From: a virus
Reading direction: 5' to 3' (one strand)
Virus record (IMG/VR): IMGVR_UViG_3300029210_000007
Span: 4,261 to 68,260 of that record
Length of the DNA: 64,000 nt
The notes below the pieces were generated by a model. That model did not search any database and was not told the DNA's origin. It saw only the letters and a program-made list of their open reading frames with translations. The first letter of the stretch is position 1. Each line of letters begins with the position of its first letter. The position numbers were made by a program, and so were the translations under genes. Shown in pieces: positions 57,312 to 64,000 of the stretch.

Positions 57312-58271
57312 TTGAAGAAATTAAACGTATTAAGTCTGTTTGATGGTATATCTTGTGGAAGACTGGCACTTGAAAGAGCTGGTATTCCAATCGAAAAATA
57401 TTATGCCAGTGAAATTTGTGACTATTCAATAAAAATTGCAAAAAAGAATTTCCCACAAATAATTGAAGTTGGAGATGTTAGAGATGTCAAAGGAGAGAAT
57501 TTTGAAAATATTGATATTGTAATAGGTGGAAGTCCATGTCAATCATTTTCATTCGCAGGGAAAATGGATGGAATGGCTACCAAAGATGAAAAGATTGATA
57601 TTACTTCACTTGAACAATATTTAGATTTAAAGAACAAGGGATTTGAATTTGAAGGATATTCTTATTTATTTTGGGAATATGTAAGAATTTTAAAGGAAGT
57701 TAAACCTAAATATTTTCTTTTGGAAAATGTAAAAATGGCTGAAAAATGGAAGAAGGTTATTACCGATGCTCTTGGAGTAGAACCAATAATGATAAATAGT
57801 GAATTGGTATCAGCACAGTCAAGAGAAAGATTGTATTGGTCGAATATTCCGAACATTGAGCAACCAGAAGATAAACATATTTATATTGATGATATTGTTC
57901 AAAATGATATAGAACATACATATTTACCTGAGACAAGGTTGGATTATACAAACTATGATAAATCGAAAGTTGACAAGAGTGTATTTAAAAATACACCAAC
58001 ACAGATTGGGAATAGTAGAAAATTTGGCAATGCAGTAAGAAGCAATGGAAAAGCATTCACATTAAGAAGAGTTAATCCAAATGGTATTATTGATGAAAAT
58101 TATCACATTCGTCATTTTACTCCAATTAAAGTAGAAAGACTACAGACGTTACCTGATGATTATACATTGATTGATGGTATTAAAACAGGAGAAAGATATG
58201 AGGCTTGTGGTAATGGATGGACGGTAGATGTAATTGCACATATTTTTAAAGGATTAAAAGAGAATAATTAA
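57312..58271 (+). CDS. DNA (cytosine-5)-methyltransferase
   Basis: motif I LSLFDGISCG, motif IV GGSPCQSFSFAGK, motif VI LLENV, motif X ACGNGWTVDV; TTG start without a recognisable RBS. Confidence 0.8.
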   Translation: MKKLNVLSLFDGISCGRLALERAGIPIEKYYASEICDYSIKIAKKNFPQIIEVGDVRDVKGENFENIDIVIGGSPCQSFSFAGKMDGMATKDEKIDITSLEQYLDLKNKGFEFEGYSYLFWEYVRILKEVKPKYFLLENVKMAEKWKKVITDALGVEPIMINSELVSAQSRERLYWSNIPNIEQPEDKHIYIDDIVQNDIEHTYLPETRLDYTNYDKSKVDKSVFKNTPTQIGNSRKFGNAVRSNGKAFTLRRVNPNGIIDENYHIRHFTPIKVERLQTLPDDYTLIDGIKTGERYEACGNGWTVDVIAHIFKGLKENN

Positions 58272-58395
58272 ACATTCGATTAGGCAGACGTGCCCATTTT
58301 CGAGTGATTTTACAACAAAATAATATTAAGAAGAAAGGATTTAACAGTAAATTCTAGGTATAAATGATTGCGCAATCTCTGTAGATTAAAGGATT

Positions 58396-59372
58396 TTGAC
58401 AGAGAATAAAGAAAAAAATAATTATTATGAGCTTAATGTATTGAGTTTATGTGATGGTATGTCATGTGGACACATTGCCTTAGATAAGGCAGGATTTAAG
58501 GTTGGTAAATACTTTGCATCAGAAATTAAGGATGTGGCGATTAAGGTAACAAAAGACAACTATCCTGACACAATTCACATTGGAGATGTGAACAAGATTA
58601 CATATAAAGATGGTGTATTACATACAGAAGTTGGAGATTTTGAAACAGATATTGACATTGTAATGTTTGGTAGTCCATGTCAGACGTTTCGGTTGCTTGT
58701 AAAACTGATAAAAGAATAGGTCTTGATGATGATGAAAAATCAGGATTGTTCAAACAATGCTATAGAATTTTAAAAGAAATAAATCCGAAATATTTCTTTA
58801 TGGAGAATGTTGCTTCTATGAAAAATGATGATAGAGACTTTATCAGTGAATTAATGGGTGTGACACCACATAAAGTTGATGCGAAACTTGTATCACCTGA
58901 ATTAAGAAAGAGGTATTATTGGACAAATATTGAAGTAAATAATGAAATAGAAGATAAACATATTTTATTACAGGATATTTTATCAGATGGATATTCAGAT
59001 GGAGATAAAGCAAGAAATTTATTAGTAAGTGATAGTAGACCATTAACTACACCTGTGAAAATGTTTCATAGATATTATTCAACAGGATTTACTACTCTTA
59101 TTTTTAAAGATGAACAACATTATAAGAACTGTGTTGATGAATATGAAAGATTGTCAGGTGGAAAAAGAAAAATTATGGCAAAGGATTTGGATGGATATAC
59201 AGGTAATGTATTTGAGGGTGTTAGATATATGAATCAAGATGAATTAGAGAAGTGCCAATGTGTTCCATCTGGATATACAAAATGTCTAACAAGAAATGAA
59301 GCAGCAGATGTTCTTGGAGATGGTTGGAATATTGATGTTATTACATATTTCTTTAAAGGAATGAAGTTTTAG
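58396..59372 (+). pseudogene. second DNA (cytosine-5)-methyltransferase, frameshifted between motif IV and V at T-run 58687-58689
   Basis: LNVLSLCDGMSCG + GSPCQTF then, in +1 frame, SVACK...FFMENV...LGDGWNIDV. Confidence 0.7.
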
Positions 59373-59439
59373 TAGAGAATAACATAAAATCAAGACCGAT
59401 TGAAAGCGGAATTTCTTTTTTAACGAAAGGAGAGAGAAT

Positions 59440-59673
59440 ATGGAAGGAATAACCAGAAATGTAAAAGACAAAAAACAGTCTATCCGTAATGAACTTATTC
59501 AGAGAATTAAATATTGTGGACAATATATAGTAGATAACGCTGAAACAATCCTTGGAGAAGAAAAATATATTGTTAATTTATATTTGACATGTAACTTTTT
59601 TGATAGAAGTGAAGTTCCATATATAACTGTAAATAAAGATATAATTCCTGATGGTTTTATTGAAGAAAGATAG
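59440..59673 (+). CDS. hypothetical protein
   Basis: AAAGGAGAGAGAA RBS. Confidence 0.55.
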   Translation: MEGITRNVKDKKQSIRNELIQRIKYCGQYIVDNAETILGEEKYIVNLYLTCNFFDRSEVPYITVNKDIIPDGFIEER

Positions 59674-59701
59674 GTTGTTAAGACGATAAGAGAATACGTA
59701 A

Positions 59702-59899
59702 ATGAGTCAATGTGGTAACAGTGACTGCCAATGGCACAAATATTGTGAAGATGGTCTAATGTGGTTTGACGAAGATATTACAGAATGTCGTCATTGGATT
59801 AAGCCAAAACCGTCCAAGATGAAAAATATTAAAGTTGCTGAAACTGATTATGAAAAAGCAGTTAAGGTATTAAAAAGGAACAAGATAGAGTTCAAATAA
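59702..59899 (+). CDS. small Cys-rich protein
   Basis: 65 aa ORF; CGNSDC...C...C. Confidence 0.5.
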   Translation: MSQCGNSDCQWHKYCEDGLMWFDEDITECRHWIKPKPSKMKNIKVAETDYEKAVKVLKRNKIEFK

Positions 59900-59916
59900 A
59901 ATGTAAGGAGATATAT

Positions 59917-60246
59917 ATGTATAAACCAAGTATAGGTGATGTAGTTTTAGATAATAACATTCCAATGGTTGTTGTAGCTTTAGAGAGTAACGAAAATGTT
60001 GGAAGTTGTTCTTATGATAGAAAATATCTTCTTTGCGAAGAATCTTATATGAAAGAATACAAAGAGCATAATATAAGTACAATCTCATTGGAAAAGATCA
60101 TGCAACATGGAAGATGGGTTACTATATATGGAACAAAATTTCCAGAAATACATAAATGTGAAGATATTGCACCATATGAGATTCACCCAATTCGTGCGTA
60201 TTCTTTTAGACAGAAAGAAGCAAAGACAATTACAGTATATGAGTAA
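59917..60246 (+). CDS. hypothetical protein
   Basis: TAAGGAGA RBS. Confidence 0.6.
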   Translation: MYKPSIGDVVLDNNIPMVVVALESNENVGSCSYDRKYLLCEESYMKEYKEHNISTISLEKIMQHGRWVTIYGTKFPEIHKCEDIAPYEIHPIRAYSFRQKEAKTITVYE

Positions 60247-60480
60247 ATTAAGATGAATTTTTGGTTTCTTGGTTTGTCACGAAAACTATACAATATTTAG
60301 GACAAACAAGAGAATATAACAATATAAATACAAAAACAAAGGAAAGGAAAATGTTCACATGTGAGTAAAGCTGCGCAGCTACTATTGTCCCATGTGATTT
60401 TAAGATTTTCAACAAGGAAGACGCTCAGATATATATTGATAAGTTACAGAGTATTGTAGATCAGATAGGAGAATAAGAGT

Positions 60481-60726
60481 ATGGGTAAAGTTGTAGATAT
60501 GAGTAATTTTGATCCGTTATTTGATAATTTGGAAAAGTATGTGAATAAACAAGGGTGTACTCTCGGTAAAGATGCTGGGAGGTTACAAGAATTATTACAT
60601 TCAATTCAGTACTGTTATATACATGTCAGTACTGTTATATACATGGAGTATTAACAGATAGCCAAAATGAATCAGCTTGTAAAAAATTTAGAAAACAGTT
60701 TCAGAAAGCTTTATATGAGAAATAAG
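60481..60726 (+). pseudogene. small gene interrupted by a perfect 20-bp tandem duplication (frameshift; truncated product ends at 60654)
   Basis: AGGAGAA RBS; removing one repeat copy restores a continuous 75-aa ORF. Confidence 0.45.
60606..60645 (+). repeat. 2 x 20-bp perfect tandem direct repeat TCAGTACTGTTATATACATG
   Basis: read directly in the sequence. Confidence 0.9.
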
Positions 60727-60888
60727 AAAGAAGCATTTCTTGGAGTGAGGTGAGAAATAATTTTGATTCATGATATGAATGACGATATAATAAATAGTTT
60801 TTCTCATATTTACCTAAATGAAGATAATATCTGTATTTACGGATAGTGGGAAAAAATTATATTTAAAGTTCGGAAAGGAGAACAATAA

Positions 60889-61164
60889 ATGGAGACATTT
60901 TCAATAGTAGATAAGATAAATGTTGATAAGTTGAATACGAAAGTTGAAGAATTTATATACAGAAAAGGGCATAGACCATATATTTTTGCAAATAAAGAGA
61001 CGCTTGAAGCATTGGTTAAACCGATTGAACAGGCTGAAATGTTTGCAAATTCTTGGGGGATTGGACTTGTAAGTTCATATAAGGGTTGTCTCGCTGGTAT
61101 GTATCGTGGAAATAAAATGTTCAGAGATGATACATTAAAATTCGGCGAGATTGAGTTGAGATAA
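60889..61164 (+). CDS. hypothetical protein
   Basis: GGAAAGGAGAA RBS; preferred over the antisense 60837..61178 ORF. Confidence 0.55.
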   Translation: METFSIVDKINVDKLNTKVEEFIYRKGHRPYIFANKETLEALVKPIEQAEMFANSWGIGLVSSYKGCLAGMYRGNKMFRDDTLKFGEIELR

Positions 61165-61204
61165 GAGAATATATACATAAAAAATAGAAAAAGAGGTACT
61201 GAAC

Positions 61205-62131
61205 TTGGAACAGAAGAAATTTATGGATATTTCACGTATTAAGGAAGATACGGAATTAACAGTAGCGAATACAGGTGGTTTCCATGTAGGAGATCATATT
61301 GTAATTCAGGAAAAGGTAGATGGAAGCAATTCAGCTATTGCTTATGATAAAGAAACAAATAAGTTAGTTGCATTTTCGAGAAGGCAGACTCTTGATTATA
61401 ACAACACATTAAATGGATTCTGGAATTGGGTACAGACATTGGCAGTTGAACCATTTCAAAAATATCCAAATTATGTATTTTTCATGGAGTGGCTTACAAA
61501 ACATACTATTAAATATATTCCAGAAGCTTATGGTAAATCATATTTTTACGATGTATATGACAAAAAGAATGAATGTTATTTACCTCAATCAGAGGTTAAG
61601 AGACTTGCTGATGAATTAAATCTGAGATATGTTCAGACATTTTATGATGGAGAGTTTATCTCTTGGGAGCATTGTATGTCATTTATGCACAAGTCAGATA
61701 TTGCGGTTGATGTACCTGAAGGAATTGTCGTTAAGAATCAGACAGAACTTAACAACCTAAACTCAAGAACTCCATTTGTATTAAAGATTGTAAATTCACA
61801 GCTTAGTGAAATCAAGAAAGATAATCACAGACAGAAAGTAGAAGATCCTCAGAAATTAGCAGCTAAAGCAAAGACTTCTGAAATTGTAGAGCAGATTGTC
61901 ACAAAGAATCGTGTTCAAAAAGAATTATACAAAATGATTGATGAGGGTGTTTTACCTCAAAAGATTGAGCCACAGGACATGAGAATTGTTGTACAGAATC
62001 TACCTAAGAGAATTTTTGAGGATTGTGTAAAAGAAGAGAATGAATTAGTTATCGAAGCTGGTGAATTCTTTGGTAAGATGTGTGGTTCTGCAACTATGAA
62101 TTGGGCTAAGAAGATTATTTTTGGAGAATAA
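61205..62131 (+). CDS. ATP-dependent RNA ligase (covalent nucleotidyltransferase superfamily, Rnl2-like)
   Basis: motif I KVDGSN, motif IV EGIVVK, motif V LKIV; 308 aa with no OB domain. Confidence 0.65.
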   Translation: MEQKKFMDISRIKEDTELTVANTGGFHVGDHIVIQEKVDGSNSAIAYDKETNKLVAFSRRQTLDYNNTLNGFWNWVQTLAVEPFQKYPNYVFFMEWLTKHTIKYIPEAYGKSYFYDVYDKKNECYLPQSEVKRLADELNLRYVQTFYDGEFISWEHCMSFMHKSDIAVDVPEGIVVKNQTELNNLNSRTPFVLKIVNSQLSEIKKDNHRQKVEDPQKLAAKAKTSEIVEQIVTKNRVQKELYKMIDEGVLPQKIEPQDMRIVVQNLPKRIFEDCVKEENELVIEAGEFFGKMCGSATMNWAKKIIFGE

Positions 62132-62133
62132 AT

Positions 62134-62316
62134 ATGTGTAACCATTGTGATTATAACTCACCTGACAATCAAATATATGTAGATCTATTAACAAATGAAC
62201 ATTACTTGGGCATTGAAACTTCTGAATGCGATGGTTATGATGATGGTTGGAACTCATTAAGAAAGAAAATTTTAGGCGAAGCAGATTGGAACTCAGAAAT
62301 TTTCAACGGAAGATGA
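62134..62316 (+). CDS. small acidic Cys-containing protein
   Basis: 60 aa ORF coupled to ligase gene. Confidence 0.45.
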   Translation: MCNHCDYNSPDNQIYVDLLTNEHYLGIETSECDGYDDGWNSLRKKILGEADWNSEIFNGR

Positions 62317-62437
62317 GTTGAGAAATAGAATAACTACACTTGAAAAAGAGAATAAAGAATTAAAGGAAGAAGTAAATCATTTGATTGATAGAAACAATGA
62401 GCTATTAAGGTTGTATATAGAAAGGAATGATAAGTAA

Positions 62438-63223
62438 ATGGCATATATAAAAGAATATTGGCAGAATAAAGAACAGAGAGCAGAAACTGCTCGCAAACAT
62501 ACAAAAGAGATGCAGAATAAATATGGTCGTTGTATTCAGACTGCTATTTCTGCAACAAAAATTTATGATACAGATTCATTTAATAGGGATTTTGAAGAGG
62601 ATATCGAAGACAAAGATACCAAGATTATTGTAGAGAATATTGATAGTGTAGGTGCTGTAATGAAATACGGCAATCCAAGTACAGCAGTTCTTAATTTTTC
62701 TTCATATAAAAATCCAGGTGGAATGTTTCTAAATGGTAGTAAGGCACAGGAAGAGTGCTTATGTCACGAATCATTCTTGTACAATGTGTTGAGTCAGTTT
62801 GTATTAGAGTTTTATGATTGGAATAATCGACACAAGAATAAGGCTTTATATTTGAACAGAGGATTATTTTCTCCTGGTGTTTGGTTCTTTAGAGAGAATA
62901 GCCACATAGAGTGTAGCGTTATTACTTGTGCTGCTCCAAATAAGTCGGTTGCGCAGAAATATCAGAACGTGTCAGACGAAGAGAATACTAAAGTATTAAG
63001 AAGTCGAATTAAATTTGTTCTTGATATGGCAAAAGATAATAATGTGAGCACTCTTATTTTAGGAGCTTATGGTTGTGGGGTTTTTGGTCAAGATGCAACA
63101 GAAGTAGCGAATGTATTTAAAGAATATTTAACTACTATTCATAAATGCTTCGATACTGTTGTATTTGCTGTTCCAAATGGTAGAGATGGTAACTATGAGA
63201 AGTTTGTAAAGGTGTTTGAGTAG
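62438..63223 (+). CDS. macrodomain protein of the DUF2263/TIGR02452 (bacterial PARG-like) family
   Basis: NFSSYKNPGGMFLNGSKAQEECLCHESFLY fits the PARG GGG-X6-8-QEE signature; LILGAYGCGVFGQ matches the diphosphate-binding loop. Confidence 0.75.
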   Translation: MAYIKEYWQNKEQRAETARKHTKEMQNKYGRCIQTAISATKIYDTDSFNRDFEEDIEDKDTKIIVENIDSVGAVMKYGNPSTAVLNFSSYKNPGGMFLNGSKAQEECLCHESFLYNVLSQFVLEFYDWNNRHKNKALYLNRGLFSPGVWFFRENSHIECSVITCAAPNKSVAQKYQNVSDEENTKVLRSRIKFVLDMAKDNNVSTLILGAYGCGVFGQDATEVANVFKEYLTTIHKCFDTVVFAVPNGRDGNYEKFVKVFE

Positions 63224-63442
63224 CACAGTAAACATAGATTTCCTTTGTTCTAGTAGAGAATATATAAATGAGGTAAAACGAACTGAAAGCCTGAGATGGT
63301 GAAAAGGTAAAGGTGAAGGCTGAAATTAACAAGTCAGTCAACCGATGAGCGTATAGGCTGAAACTCATTTGAGAATATAATGCCTTGGAACAAACCTCAA
63401 TCCTAACATGTAATGATGAGGAATAAGGATGCTCTCATAGAG

Positions 63443-63478
63443 TACAAAAATGAATGTACTCTTATATTTTTTTGGAGG
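63443..63478 (+). terminator. rho-independent terminator
   Basis: AGAGTACA-loop-TGTACTCT followed by TATATTTTTTT. Confidence 0.7.
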
Positions 63479-63485
63479 TGAAATT

Positions 63486-63665
63486 ATGAATATTTTTAAT
63501 TTTATTTTGATAATTATAGGAATTTTAAATTTATTTGTTGGAGTAAAATGGTCAACAGATGGTCTATGTGAACTCATATTCAAAACATTGTATTTAGCTA
63601 GTGCGGGATATCTTATTTTTTATGCTTTATATTTGGAAGGTATTTTAATTGTTATAAACAGATAA
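63486..63665 (+). CDS. small membrane protein (2 TM)
   Basis: GGAGGTGA RBS before ATG 63486. Confidence 0.5.
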   Translation: MNIFNFILIIIGILNLFVGVKWSTDGLCELIFKTLYLASAGYLIFYALYLEGILIVINR

Positions 63666-63684
63666 CCAAAAGGAGAATTAAAAA

Positions 63685-64000
63685 ATGGAACAGTTAACAA
63701 ATGATTATAAATTATACCAAAGCAAATTTAAAAATTTAACGGATATTTATAATGAGATAGAAGAAAGTTCAGATAAGTCTATTGTGTTAATGAAATTAAC
63801 GACTGAAATTATAAGTGAAGTTGATTCCTTATATAGAAAACATAACTTTGACGATTCCTTTGACTTATCTGATGCATATTTAGAAGCACTTAGTCGTTTA
63901 GGATCAGCTTTAGAAGTAGATAGAGAAAGTGTAGGATACCTTTCTGGAAAGATGGATGGTTCTTTAACTGTGTATAAAAATCTTTCAAAATTTACTAAAA
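63685..64000 (+). CDS. hypothetical protein, 5' part (partial, continues beyond window)
   Basis: AAAGGAGAA RBS. Confidence 0.5.
   Translation, partial: MEQLTNDYKLYQSKFKNLTDIYNEIEESSDKSIVLMKLTTEIISEVDSLYRKHNFDDSFDLSDAYLEALSRLGSALEVDRESVGYLSGKMDGSLTVYKNLSKFTK

Overview
AT-rich (about 30% GC), low-GC Firmicute (Clostridia-like) DNA. Coding is dense and almost exclusively on the + strand, which is the signature of a large phage or phage-plasmid early/replication arm. No capsid, tail or lysis genes are visible.

Positions 1-21.7 kb hold about 60 small early-type ORFs. Many are highly acidic or Cys-rich zinc-ribbon proteins. An XRE-family HTH regulator and a possible ORF6-like regulator are among them.

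Positions 21.7-27.4 kb form a plasmid-like maintenance and immunity module:
- a tyrosine recombinase;
- a RepA_N/DnaD-like replication initiator whose coding sequence carries 15-bp iterons;
- a minus-strand LexA/CI-type autocleaving repressor with divergent consensus promoters and TGTTA..TAACA operators;
- a MazF/EndoA-family toxin;
- three ribbon-helix-helix proteins.

Positions 27.4-40.9 kb carry, in order:
- a sigma-70 region-4-like factor;
- a DUF262 (ParB/Srx-fold) protein;
- an SPFH/band-7 protein with small membrane partners and a lipoprotein;
- tRNA-Gln(UUG);
- a frameshifted IS200/IS605-family TnpB, followed by about 590 bp of structured non-coding DNA.

Positions 41-64 kb are a DNA replication and nucleic-acid-modification module:
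- Sak4-like ATPase and SSB;
- CHC2-primase/DnaB-type helicase fusion;
- Cas4/RecB-like Fe-S nuclease;
- Pol III alpha-like polymerase;
- DHH/DHHA1 phosphoesterase;
- ClpP-family peptidase;
- a P-loop kinase;
- two tandem C5-cytosine methyltransferases (the second frameshifted);
- a 20-bp tandem duplication disrupting a small gene;
- an Rnl-type RNA ligase;
- a DUF2263/TIGR02452 bacterial-PARG-like macrodomain protein.

Repeated palindromic motifs (TACTATATATAGTA) recur upstream of gene blocks. A candidate -1 frameshift site (A_AAA_AAT) joins two overlapping ORFs.
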